Assembly (NCBI GenBank): GCA_013239625.1
Contig: MU055886.1
Span: 930,001-994,000, forward strand
Source: Lama guanicoe
Taxonomy: Eukaryota
DNA: 64,000 bases
Reading direction: 5' to 3'
Shown here in pieces: positions 1-12,340 of this stretch. Position 1 is the first letter of the stretch; each line of letters opens with the position of its first letter. The notes beneath the pieces were generated by a model that was not told the origin of the DNA, searched no databases, and was given only the letters and a program-made list of their open reading frames with translations. A program made the position numbers and the translations under genes.

Positions 1-741
1 TTTTTGAACTTCAAAGCCAGGGCTGAGAGAGCGTCTCATTGTGTTGGAATGTGGGCGCTGAGGCTCACAGGAAGTGGTGACAAGCTCTTTGTTATATAAG
101 CTCACCAGGCTTGCTCTGCGGTGCCAGCGCTGGCCCTTGGTGCCCGGTCAGGACATCATCTGTCTGTGTCATGGTCACAGCCCTCGCCTGGGCAGGGACC
201 TGTTATCCGAACTGCGCAGCCAGGCACAGGAAGCCACAGCACACACACCCTCTCTTGCTTAACTCCCGCTGGCACGTTGGACCATTCATGAAAGGAGAGA
301 CGCCAGCGTGGAGGGATTTACTGGCATTATTCCTGACTAGGGAAGGTATGGGGATTTTCCCTTGCCCCTTTGGAAGGCACCTCTCCTGGCTGCCTTCCAA
401 AGCCAGGGCAACCTGCTCTTCATCTGCTTCCGTTTCTCCATTCCTATTTGTCCGTGCTGTTTACAGCTGTGGTCCTGCTGAAGGAGTTAGTCCCCAGGAG
501 AGGGATTGGTCCCTCAGTCTGGGAACGTGGCTGCTCCAAATGCCGATTGCAGTTTCCCACTCCGTTAACTTCCCTGCAGGAGGCAGGCAGAATGTGGCCA
601 GCCATGCCCAGGACAGGTGCCCACCGAAGCCTTGCAGTCTTGAAGCGTTTCCTGTATGGAAGGGTGTGTGTGTACCCGTGCTTGTGGGTAGGGATAATGG
701 AATGTCGCAACCATTGTACTCAGCCTCATGCCTGAGATTAT

Positions 742-897
742 GAGCTACGTTTTATTGAGCACCCAGTGTATGCTGTACTCTGCTGGGTGCTTTAGGTACA
801 TCGTTAGACTGTAATCCTCGCAGGAACACTCTGCAAGGAGGTTACTGTCCATTTTTCAAATGAGGAAACAGACTCAGGTTGGGGGATATGGCCAAGG
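742..897 (-). mobile_element. MIR SINE fragment
   Basis: tttattgagcac...ccatttttcaaatgaggaaacagactcagg is the reverse complement of the MIR core. Confidence 0.7.
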
Positions 898-1652
898 CCT
901 GTCAAATTTCTGTGTTTTAATTGACATTCCTGTCTCATTGGATACGAGGGACTCAGCTTCTTGAGAACATGTACTCATGTTTTATTTACACTGGCAGCTT
1001 CTGGCTTAGAACTTGGAACATTGTCACCACTCTGGATGAACTGAACCTTGAGGCTCCATGGCTGGGTGACTTTGGACAAATCCCATCTCCTCTCTGGGCC
1101 ACAGTGTCTCCATCTGTAATGGCCACATGTTCTCTGTTACCTGGCCCTGTCTTTTCCAGACTTCCCAGGACAGCCATCCCCAGACCGCAGGTTCCTGTGG
1201 AATGCAGTTGATCTTGTAAGAGGTAGTCACAAGCAACTGAGGTCTTTTACTACCAGGCTGAGGCCTGAACATCAGATGACTGTTGTCCCCAATTAACAAG
1301 ACACAAGAAATAAAGTTGCACAACTTTATAATGAAACCACATTTCTCACTGCCATTTCAATTCACCCAGCGTTTAAGGCATGCGTCCTGCCCTTGGCAAG
1401 CTTGCATGTTTCATTCCTTACCATAATCAACCACCTTTTCACCTGAATTGGTTTGAAAAGCCTTGGGCAGTTTCCAGAAATTGTATCTACTCTAGAGGAT
1501 GGAAGATTTACCACCCTAAGATGGTCAAAGAAGTGTGTGGCTCCTCTGGGGGCCCAACTCAGAGGAGCCCAGAGGGGCTTTGAAATAAGTTTGTTCCTCC
1601 CAGAGGGGCCCCTTGTTCTAGTTTGCATGTGTAAGTCTCCATGCATCTAACA

Positions 1653-1820
1653 CAGGGTCAGCAACTTTCTGTAAAGGGCCAGATGGTAAGTATTTTAGGC
1701 TTTGGGGGCAACATGCAGCTCCTCAATTCTTCCCATGTCGTTTGAAAGTGGCCATAGACAATATATAAATGAATGAATGGATGTGACTATGTTCCAATAA
1801 AACTTTATTTACAAAAATAA
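1653..1820 (-). mobile_element. MER58A-like hAT-Charlie DNA transposon (partial)
   Basis: cagggtcagcaactttctgtaaagggccagatggtaagtattttaggcttt...tgttccaataaaactttatttacaaaa matches the MER58A reverse complement. Confidence 0.8.
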
Positions 1821-2939
1821 ACTTCACAGACCTCTGTTCTAAAATGTTAGGCATATCTCTTCATAATGACAGTCCACATTGACTTGTTCCATCTGTGTTT
1901 TTGTACATACTTGTTTTGACCTCCTGATTGCATGGAAGATCCCCCCACTGCATCCCAACTTCCCCTTCTCTCTCCCTCCACCACCAAACACATACCCCTG
2001 GGTTTCTTGAAAGCTCTCTGACCTAGACATGCTATAAGATCTTTTATCAACACTAAGTTGTACAGAAGTAGCCCACATTCTCATGTCAAAAAAGTACATT
2101 CTTATGTCTTTTAAAAATGCACCATTTTTTCCTACGACTATGTTGTCCTGTGTAGGATCTCTTCTTGTATAGTCTGGCTCATTATAAATATGTAGGAAGT
2201 TGATAATATTGTGAAACTGCTTACTATTACGGCTTTTTCAGATGCTGTCAGAAGAAAAGTCTTCACTCTTCTGGCCTGTCCTTCATCTCCTGTCTTTCAA
2301 AAGTGCCTCTGGACATGTCATTACTTAAACACTCTCTGTGGCTTCTATTGTGTCTAGACTCATAGCATGATGTCCAAGCTGACCCTTACCTTTGTGAAAG
2401 GTTTCCTCTTGCTCCATGATTCCCCGCCAGCCGGTTGGAAACCACTTGCCTTCCTCCAGGATTTTACCTGCATGCCCCTGTGTCTTTACGTGTAATGTAC
2501 CTTTATCCTCCTCATCCTTCCCAGTGGGAGCGCCTCCCACAGGGCCTGACCTGGAGTGCGCCTAGGAATGCTTGTCACATAGGTGGCCTCAGCCAGGTTG
2601 ATTGAGGGCCCCATGCATTCCCGAAACCCCCAGAGTCCCCAAACCTCCAGTGACTCCAGCACAGGGAAACACCCAAGCCCAGCACCCCCCAGAGCAGCCA
2701 GCACACTCTAAATCTATGGCACCTGGTGGGCCTCCAATTGTCAGAGTGGCTTTTGTGCCCACCTTTCTGATGTGATGGTAAGACTTACAAAGAGGGCAGG
2801 CATCTGGGAAGAGCAGCTTTCTCCCTCTTCAGGGGCGGGTGGGAGTGAGGATGATAACAGTTACCAAGCCTTGAGCACCTCCTGTATGCAGAGCTCTAAG
2901 CTGGGGACTTGTGTGTGAGCTGCCCAGGCTTCAGGGTGG

Positions 2940-3028
2940 TGTGGCTTAGGGTTTCTTCAGTTCCTTCTGCATTGTGCCAGCACCTTGTAGGTGCTCAAAA
3001 AATATTTTTTGAATGAATAAATGAATTA
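2940..3028 (+). mobile_element. L2 LINE 3' end
   Basis: gtgccagcaccttgtaggtgctcaaaaaatattttttgaatgaataaatgaa is a typical L2 tail. Confidence 0.65.
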
Positions 3029-4849
3029 GACTAAAAGAGGTTCTTCTGGAAATATTTGTTGTGGCCAGATGGAAGGGCCACAAATGCCTTACTAAGGAGT
3101 TAATTGAGCCCTTGCTTCATAGGCAGTGGGGACTCAAGGACAGGTTTGTGCAGGGAGGGACGTCTGCACAACATGTGTCACACTTACCCCATTATTTGCC
3201 CTTTCCGGTGTGGCCGAGATGCCAGATAATGAGGTGTTGGGCTGCACAAAGCGCTTCCTTGTGTCGGAGAGAGGCAGGGCCGGCCTTGAAGCCAGTTGGC
3301 CACCAGCCTCCTCCCTGTAATTCATATGCAGCAGCAGGTTGGAGTGGGCTGCCAGGCAGAGCCAGGGCTTGCCTGCCTCTCCAGGTCACCGCCTCAGCTT
3401 GCTGGCTCCAGCACAGGGGCCGTGGCCCTGACGCGAGGCCTGCCTCTCTGAGCTTTCCCTGCTGCCAGCGTGTTCTGGGAGGATTAAAGGCAGCTGGCCG
3501 GCCAGCTCTTCCCAGGATTTGCTGACTCAGTTGATTGCTCCTATGGCAGAGGAGGGGGGAGTACTATTGCCTTCTGATTTCTTTCCTCCCATTACCCCCA
3601 CTTCAGCTCCGCGTTCCCAGGCTGGGTCACCTTGGGCTTCTCCCGTCTAAAGGCAGCTGGCCCCACAGCTAAGTGCTTTTGCTTTCTCTTCCCCTAGAGA
3701 CCACTTTTCCAGAGAGGATGCAACTCATTGTTTTCAGATTGGGAAATGCACAGTTAAGACATCAGTCCCTGGAATCTAAAGTATGCTGAACAGTTGCTTT
3801 GTTCACAGGGGGCTGTTTTAATGGTTCAGGTCCCTACACGTGTTCTGGGTGAACCCCCTGGCATGGGCACAGTGGAGAATGCAGTACAGGGCATTGTGGA
3901 GTAGGTGTGCGGAGCTGCGGGACAGGGCAGCAGGCTCAAGGCATTCCACTGGACAGCACAATGATCAGGGTCACAGGGGCGTCTGATTGGTTCTGGGAGG
4001 GGGAATCTGGTCAGGCTCCTTGGGGGAGGTGGAGGAGGTTTCAGTCTGACCCTGAAAAGTGGCTGGGGAAACAATGAGAAGTGCTCTAGTGAAAATCGGC
4101 CAAAATCATGAAAATCAGCGAGTACAGCTGGGGTCTAGTGGGAAAGGCGTGGGCCTGGAGCTCATAGTGGGAACAGGTGGGGCTGTGGGTGATCTGGCAG
4201 AGGGAGGCCTTTGAGTGGCTCCTAGGGCCTGGCTGGAGAGTTAGTTATGCATTTCTATAATGTGGTAATGGGTCTGAAGGACCCTGGCTGGGCCTATGTC
4301 ACTGCAGGGACCCAGGGAAAACCCAGGGCCTAGCCTGTGGTGGGAATTAACAGGAATTTGACATCTGGGCTGGGCTGGGTCACCGCAGGAAAGCCCATGC
4401 TCAGCCAGGCTGGAAATGAGCCCCTGCTGTTCTGGCTGTGGCATCTGCTTCCTTGGGCTGGCCTTCGAAGAGCCTGTCACAGTGACTCTGAGGGAAGCGA
4501 GCAGATGGGAAAGATGGAGATGGCCCTCCCGTGGAGCAGGGGAGTGCTGACCCTCACGCCAGCACTTAGTTTGTCCTGGGCCCTCACATTTGTATCATCT
4601 CAGCTGCCCAGGAGGTCTAGAGAGCCATGATTTACATACAATTCCCATTTTAGGGATGGAGAAGTGAATTTCTTGACGTCCCCCCAAAGGCAGGGAGCCC
4701 CCGAGCAAAGTTGGACCTCCCTACTTCCAGCCCAGTGTATCAGTCACCACTCCACACCACCCGCAGTAATCAAAGGGCATAGGCACCATTAGGAGGTGAA
4801 GTATGCAGTTAAATGACAGTTGAAGATAGTGGGTGATTTCTGTCTTCAC

Positions 4850-5045
4850 TAATACATATAAAGCTCCTACTGTGTGCCAGGTGCTGTGCTGAGCTCTTCT
4901 TTGCTTCATTCTTGCGACAACCCTTTTCTTATCTCCAGTGATTGCAGACTGGGGCACAGGAGTTTGAGTAATTTATGTCACAGCCCAGCACTGGACAGAT
5001 GTGGCATTTGAGCCCAGGCAGTCCCACCCCAGGGCCTGCTCTAAC
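4850..5045 (-). mobile_element. MIR fragment
   Basis: ctcctactgtgtgccaggtgctgtgctgagc...gactggggcacagg...atttgagcccaggcagtc. Confidence 0.6.
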
Positions 5046-8000
5046 CTGATGTGCCCGGTGCCTCTATGAGGCCAGATGTGGGCACGATCCCCTCCTCTAC
5101 CTCAGCACTCCTAGCGAGCTTCATAATTAGAACAGACTGCAGCTCCTGCTAACGACGTCCTCATGAGATGCAGACTCAGAAGCTCGGGAGAATGTTGAGG
5201 AACAAGAAAGGAAATAGGTAGAGAATGAGGTTGTTTCCACAAAGGTCCAGAGGACTATTTATAAAAAGTACGTTTGCAAGCCAACTTTGACTGGCTGCTT
5301 TTTGGCAGCCGGCTGGCTCCTGCCATACTCTTGTCTCCTCTGCCATCCTTCATGTGTTCGGTACCAGCCCCACCTCGACCCCTTATGGAGGACAGCTGAC
5401 ATCATATCCCTCCAGTAAAAGGACAACTCTGACCCAGTCATTTAACTTCTTGGAACCTCCAGTGTCTTCCCATTGCCTTTGGAATAATGTGGCATTGCTT
5501 TACCCTGGCATTCAAGGCCTCCTACAAGGTGGTCTTCGTCTCCTCTTCCTGCTATGCCAGAGAACATTCTTCCCTAAACTCGCTGAATTTTTACCCCTCT
5601 TCACTTTGCCCATGCCCATTCCTGAGGCCGGCATGCCCGACCTCCGTCCCGCCACCCCATCCCGTCCAGCAAGTGCAGGTTCAGCCCAGATCTTGCCCCT
5701 TCGCAGAATGCTGACACAGCCTCTCTTCTGCCCCCACCTGTTGGTTATGCCTCTGGCCTGCCTCACAGGTAGTTGTACGGTGCTATGACTGTGCCCCTCC
5801 CCTGTACAGAGCTCCTTGTTGGGTAGTGGATTCACCTGTATGTGTGCGCAGTGATGGAAAAGAGCTCAAATAGAGCCTTTTTGGGCAAAGGTAAATTGAA
5901 GGTTCCTGATGAGTGAAAAGGGCTTTCTGGGTATCAGGCAAGAAGGGCTTGTTTCCAATTGTGTAGAGAAAGATAGAGGACCTGGTGGTGACTATACTTT
6001 GACCCTTTACCGCTGGCTAGAAAAAACTGAGCTATAGCTTTTTAGTCTAGAAAAGAGCGGACTTGAGTGAGGAAAATGTCCTAAGACCTCATCTTTTCCA
6101 GTCCTGCCAGGTGCCAGTTTCTCTTGAAGTTAACTTCCCTCTGAACACATGTGGGGCAAGTATCTTCTAAATCAAGCCTGTCATCTTTCCCTGGGATGGC
6201 TGCCTTCCCTTCCCACCCCTGCACACTGCATCACCCTTCACCTTGCTGACTACATGTTATGCCTCTGCTTTAAAATACTGACACGTTCTGTTTACAGTAA
6301 AGCCCGAAAGCAGAGCCCTCCATCCACCCCCAAATTCCATTTCTTCATGTCTTTGTAGTCACCCACCACTCAACCCCTCCAACATTGTAGCCTGCTCTCT
6401 TTATTGCTCCCCTCCCTCTCTTCCAAACTCCCCTCCAGATGCTTTACTGCTGATCCTCCTGCCTCACATGCAGTCACTCCTGCCTGAGCCCTGGGGAGAT
6501 GTGCCACCTTCTCTAGGAGGCTGTCCGACCCCCCAGCACCGCCCACCTGCCCGCTCTCACTGGTGTGCGCAGGAGTCGGAACAGCTTTGCAAGAGACCAT
6601 GTCTCATCTCCTTTAGCAGAGTGGCCGGAGCCTGTGGGCTGGTCCTGTTCCCACTCTGTGTCCCCTCCAACACCACCTCCCACTGTGTAGGTGCTAATGC
6701 ATGTCTGAGCCTGGCTTCAGTGATAACAGCCTCGCCCACCTTTGTGTAACCTCATACATGTTCTCATTCCCACCTGAGATGGCCCTCAGGTGATCGTGGT
6801 CTCTTTTCCCCATGAGATGGCTCAGTGTCGCCCAGGATGGGACATACTGCCAGCTGGCGGCCCAGGCAGGACCACGGTCTCTCCTGCTCTCTCTGCTGCT
6901 CTGAACCTGGAAGTTCAGCCACTGTTTGCATTACTCTGAGGGAACTGAGCCTCTAGGGAGAGAACTTTGGGGGTAGTTTGCGAATTTCTGAGAACAGAAG
7001 AGTCTTGTCCTCTGAGAACAATCACACTGCAAGACTCAGGCTGCTATCCACACTCCTGTCTGTGGCACAGCTCTAGAATGTGGCCTCAGAACCCAATCAG
7101 CCACTCTGGCTCAAAATACAGCTGCGGCCCAGGGATTTGTGGAGAGCAGGGCCAGATCCTCGGTCAAGAGCTGCCTGGCGGGTTTCCTCCTTCTCTCCTC
7201 TCTCCCTTTGGCCATGAGCTACCCTGAGGAGGGATTGGCTTGTAGGAACCAAGTCACAGGCGGTTGATGGAGGGCCGTCGGCCAGAAGTATCTTGGTCTT
7301 TCGAGGTGGCTGAGCTTCCCTGAGGTCTTTCTCACATCAGAGCTGTTTATGGATAACTGGGGGTTGTGCGGTCACGTTAAAGAGGTCGTTCAGAAAGCCA
7401 GACTAGCATCTACAGGAAGTAACATTACAAGGGGACCTTGTGGCTTTATAACCTCTGCTCTATAGATGGGGGAGGGGCGGGGGGGTCATAAATTCAGAGT
7501 GTTTGAGCCAAGAATCATGGAATCCATTCATTCACAGACCCCTTGGCCACAAAATAGGAGGGAGTCCTTGCCCTGGGACCACCATCCCCTTTCTTTGGAT
7601 ATTACAATCTTCATATCTGCAGTAGCACAAGCAGGCTGATGACAGAGGCCTGTCTTCTTTGCTTCATTCTTGAGACAACCCTTGTCGGTGGGTACTTTTC
7701 TTATCGCCAGTGAGTGGAGACTGGAGATATTCCTGTAATAAAGTCTCACACTTAGCTTTCTCATGGGCTTATCATTTAAAGTGCACTGTTTTGTAAAAGA
7801 GCCCATATTGTCAGTTTTCTTATTTAGATGCAAGCAGAATACAGTATTGAAGTTTTTTGAGACTCCAGTTGCCTGATTTGGGGACTGCATTGGAGGTGTA
7901 AATGTCTGACTGTGGCATTTGACAGTGCACTTTATCTTAAGAATGCTTTTCATCATTCTAACAACAAATTATCCACATTTTTCAAGAGAAGAAAACCATC

Positions 8001-9249
8001 TACGGCAAAGACTTTCCTGTGCTGTGTTGTCCAGGGCCATCACACCCCCCGCTGGCCTGGCCTTCCTGATGAGCTTCAGGAGTTCAGAAACATGTTCTTT
8101 ACGGCTATCTCAGAAACTTCCACCTCCTCACTTCCTGTGGCCCCTCTCCAGCCCACTCCCAGTGACTGTCTTTGTTCTGTCTTGGTCAGGCACTCCCTTC
8201 CTGAGGCTTCATCTGCCTTTCCTCACTCTTCTTGTCACCTTCAGTCACCACTGCCCTAGTGGGCAGCTCCAGCCCACTGTCACTCTTGTGCACCCAACTT
8301 CTTGTCCCCTGACAGACCTGCTGTTTTCCTTTGCTGTGTGACCTTGGGCAAGTTTCTTAGCCTCTCTGAGTCAGTTTCCTCACTTGAAAAATTCATTTTC
8401 TAACTTACCGAGCACCTTATTGTGTGCTGGGCCCTGCATTAGACACAGGTACCAGAAAGATGAGTGGGCATAGGCCCTGCCCTGGAGCCCCAGTGTAGGA
8501 GGTCTTATAATCATGGCAGGATGACTTCATGGGTGCTTGGGAAAAGCAAGTGACATTCTGCCATGGGAGGGTTTATAAACTAAAGTATAATGCATATGGA
8601 AAGAACGTTGGTTACTGGGGCTCCTGGGTCCATCACTTTTAGGATAGAACAAGGCCACTCTTGAGTCTGGAGGTCCCTTCAAGCCTGGTGCCTGTGCACC
8701 CGCTCTGTTCTCTGGCATCTGAGCTCTTTCGTGTATGGAATGCATGGGCCTGTGCACCCGTGTATGAGGGGCGCCAAGCGGTGGAGGGCGGGGCCTGGAC
8801 ACCACATCCAGACTGTAAATTAGGGGAGGGGGAGTTCTGGGAGCTATTTGGAGTTCTCTAAATGTGGTTTGACCTGATTTTTAAAACCTCTTATACAACT
8901 TGTCGGGAGTTAGTGAAACTGCCTTTAGTCAGTGGGAAGAGAGCCAGATTTTTAAAAAATCTTATTGGAGTGTCACAGGATGTGAGAAGTCACTTCTTAG
9001 CCCTCACAGCTATTTGTGAGCCTGTGTCTGTCCCCTGCCTGGCTTGGGAACTCCTGCAGGACTGCAGTAGTGTCTCGTTCTGCTCAAGTCCCAGAGCCCA
9101 GCCCAGGACCTGCCCCAGAGTCAGCCCAGAGAGGCTGAGTGGAGGTGCAGGCAGAATACTGGGGCTCAGAGTGGGGAGAGCTGACTTCTAGCTGGGGAGT
9201 GGGTAGGGGAGGTCTCAGAGGAACATGCAGGCTGAGTCATGATGGTGAG

Positions 9250-9415
9250 AATACTGTTGAGCCCCTGCTGCTGCCAGGCACTGAAGTGGCTCTGGTATTA
9301 TCCTTATTTTATAGATGAAGAAACTGAGGCCCAGAGAGGTTGAGCAAGCTTCCCAGGGTGACACAGCCAGGATTTGAACTTAGCTTAACTCCAGAGCGCT
9401 TGTTCTCAAGCACTG
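9250..9415 (-). mobile_element. MIR fragment
   Basis: attttatagatgaagaaactgaggcccagagaggttgagcaagcttcccagggtgacacagc...ggatttgaac. Confidence 0.75.
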
Positions 9416-9904
9416 TGTCTTGGCACCTAGGCAGAATTTGAATGTGCAGTGACTAGAGAAAGGAGCCCCCTAGGAGGGCAGAGTGTGGGCAGAGAGCCGT
9501 GCCAGGGAGCCGATTCCTGTGTTTGGATGGGGGGATGGGGGAGCAGTGAGGGGCTGACGTTGGAAATGAGCCAACAGCCCTCTCCACCACACAGCGGGAC
9601 AGGACGTTCCTGAGTGACGTGGGGTCTCTGAGCAGGCGTTCCCTCACACAGGCTAGTGGGCAGGAGCCCTGTGAGCTGGCTTTTTCTCCAGTTTCACAGG
9701 CCCTCAGTACCTTGTGTGAGCCCATTGTCGTGTATCATAGAAGCTGGCAGGACCCTTCTTCATGAAAAGAGAGGGCTCTCTGAGGGGTGGTCCATGGAAT
9801 TCACTTTCCCCAGCCCTCCTGTAGCCCCTTACTCTCTCTGAATCTGTTTCACCATCTCTGCTGGAAGGAGTTGCCTTGTTAGAGTCACTTTCAAGTCCTT
9901 TGAG

Positions 9905-10125
9905 CATAACATTAAGAACTAGAATCTGGGACAGAGCAGCTGAGATTGAATCCTGACTCTAACTCCCTGTCTTGGTGACCTTGGACAAGTTACCCAGCTG
10001 CTCTGTGCCTCAGTTTTCTCATCTGTAGTATGGGGACAGTGTACAAATCTCCATAGGGGTTGCTGAGAGCATCAACAGAACTGAGTATAGCCCTCCCTGG
10101 TTGCTGCTCTCAGTATTTAATTGTC
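9905..10125 (+). mobile_element. MIR SINE
   Basis: ttgaatcctgactct...gtgaccttggacaagttacccagctgctctgtgcctcagttttctcatctgtagtatgggga. Confidence 0.75.
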
Positions 10126-10933
10126 TTATGATTGGGCATGTCCCATCCTTGCTCTCTCCAGCCCCTGATTGACCCCGAGACTCTGTGGAGAGGGAGGGTC
10201 TAGGGTTTGGAGGCTCTCTGGCCACCCACAGAGCTCCTGTAAGGTGCTTGGGTTTGCCCCATCTGCTGGAGCGCGTTAGCGCTATAGACGTTGAGATCAT
10301 CGCTGCCAGTGGCCGCCCAGCCTCAGCCAAGCTCTTGCAACATTCCCCAGGGCTCTGGGGGTTCCTTGTGCCCCAGTCCTGCGTGGGCAGAGCTCCGGGC
10401 AGGCGGCACGTTTTGGCAGGTCCTCAGTGGTGTCATTAGTAAGGAGTTTCCTGTGGCTGCGCTTGTTAGGACTGAGGAAATAAAGTTTTTACAGTCCTCT
10501 TTTGTTCTTCCCAGATGCTAATAAACTGTTTAAAATTTGGTTAAAATGCTGCTTCTCAAAAAAAAGGGAGGTGTTTTGGGAATTCTGTTCCCTGTTAGTT
10601 TGAGGTCATTGAGTTTGGTCTGGGGAGAAAGCTGGATCCAGTGCATTATTGTTGTCCGGTGAATGTGTTTGGCATTTACTTCTACAGGGTCCTATCTTCC
10701 TGGAACAGCAGGGCACGAGTTAGAAAGCACCTGCATCCAAAGCTCTGGGATAGGAGTGTGAGCCCCTCTGTGTCTGTGGTGATGCAGAGGAAAGCTCAGG
10801 GGGTGGGATTCCTTGCCTCTTGACTCACTGTATGATCTTGGGCTAGTCACTTCCCCTGGGCTGGATTTGTGAAATCCTGTGGATAATCGTGAGATAATAG
10901 TTGGATTACATGCGCCTGTTTTCTGCTAGAGAC

Positions 10934-11099
10934 CAGTGATTCTCAGTCTTCACTGCATGGTACAATCACCCAGGGGAGCTTTTAGAAAACCCTGATCCCA
11001 GGCCCCACCTTAGACCACTTAACTGTTATTTAGGGCAGAGCTCAGGCTTTGTGAAAACTCCACAGGGGATTCTAATGTACAGCCTGTTGAGAACCATAG
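10934..11099 (+). mobile_element. MER5A1-like hAT-Charlie MITE
   Basis: TIRs cagtgattctca ... ttgagaaccatag; internal aatcaccaggggagctttt and gattctaatgtacagcc. Confidence 0.75.
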
Positions 11100-11107
11100 G
11101 ACTAGCC

Positions 11108-11324
11108 CAGAGGTGGGCACTCTGTGGTCCTTGAGCCAAATCTAGCTGCTGCCTGTTTTTTTAGATAAAGTTTTATTGGCACAGCCACATCCCTTCATTT
11201 AGCTGTGTGTGATTGCTTTTGCATCATAGTGGCAGTTGAGTTGAGTGGTTGCCATAGAGGCTATATGGCCAGTGAACCAAAATAAATTAACTGATTCTTT
11301 ACAGAAGAAGTTTGCTGACCTCTC
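11108..11324 (+). mobile_element. MER58A-like hAT-Charlie element, near full length
   Basis: cagaggtgggca...gccaaatctagctgctgcctgtttt...ataaagttttattgg...ctttacagaagaagtttgctgacctct. Confidence 0.8.
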
Positions 11325-11784
11325 TTGCTAGACTCTCCCTTTCTTGAGGGCAGACGCTGAGCTGTTTGTCCGTCTGTCCCCAGGACCTAGCCTAGCACAG
11401 ACATTGCTAAATTTCAGGACAGAAGTGGCTTGGGTCTGTCCCAACCTATCAGACACTGTTGGGGGAAGAGGCCTTACCTTAGCTTGGGCTGAGACCCTTC
11501 CCCACTGAGTGGCCTGGGTCCCACCCTGGAGATCCCCTGTCTCGTTTCTACCTGGATGGTGATGCCATCTCTCTGAGGGCAGGCATGTCGAGCCACCCAC
11601 CCTCAACATACTTTTAGGAAATGTATCAGTTGTACTATAGAGCAGCACCCTTTGGGCTCTAAAGCTTGGGGGCTTCTTGTGGAAGTGAGAGAAGGTGGTG
11701 TACTTTTATAAGGTTGGACCAACCCCTGCCTCTGCGACCCTCAGTCCCATGCTTTGGGGTACTGTAAAAATCCCAGGAGGAGCA

Positions 11785-12340
11785 TGGAATTTCCAGTGGC
11801 AAAGGATCTTAGTCTAGGTCCTTCTGCTGGCTCAACCACGTTCTGCCTGGACATAATCTATGACAGGGAGCCTCCTAAAATATCCTGTTCTATTTTGAAG
11901 AGCTTTGTTTGATCAAATCTTCCTGAAATTGAGTTGAAATCTTTTTCATAACTTCCACTGATTGGTCCATATTCTGTTCTCTCTGACACCACAGAACACG
12001 TCCGCATCTGGTTCCAGGGATTAACCACCCATCTGCATTGTGCGCACACACCCCTGAATCTTATCTAGAACATACACACTCCTTCGTCTCTTCAATTATG
12101 CTCATGAGATGTGGAGTCCAGGCTCTTTATCATCCTGGTGGCAGCTCTTAATTAAAGTGCAGGGCCAGAGCCAAACGAGATTCTCCAGTGGCCCTCAGAA
12201 TTGTGCAGATTGCAGGGAGACAGTTTCCTCCCTGGTGGTAGAAGTCCTGACGTCACACAACTGTCAGCGTAGCCAGTGGGCAGGTTGGATTTTGGGAAGC
12301 TGTTAGACCCTGTGAGCACAGCATCACTTTTATAAAGTTC
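11785..12340 (-). mobile_element. L3/CR1 LINE 3' fragment
   Basis: cttcctgaaattgagttgaaatc...taacttccactgattggtcc...catcctggtggc...cagagccaaacgagattctccag resembles the antisense 3' end of L3/CR1 ORF2. Confidence 0.6.

Noticed and set aside
5900-5940. CTGATGA-GT-GAAA minimal hammerhead-like core
   Set aside because: There is no room for stem II and no credible stem I.
8060-8105. Hammerhead-like CTGATGA...GAAA followed by palindromic ACATGT
   Set aside because: Stem II does not close directly on GAAA (extra nucleotides) and stem I cannot pair.
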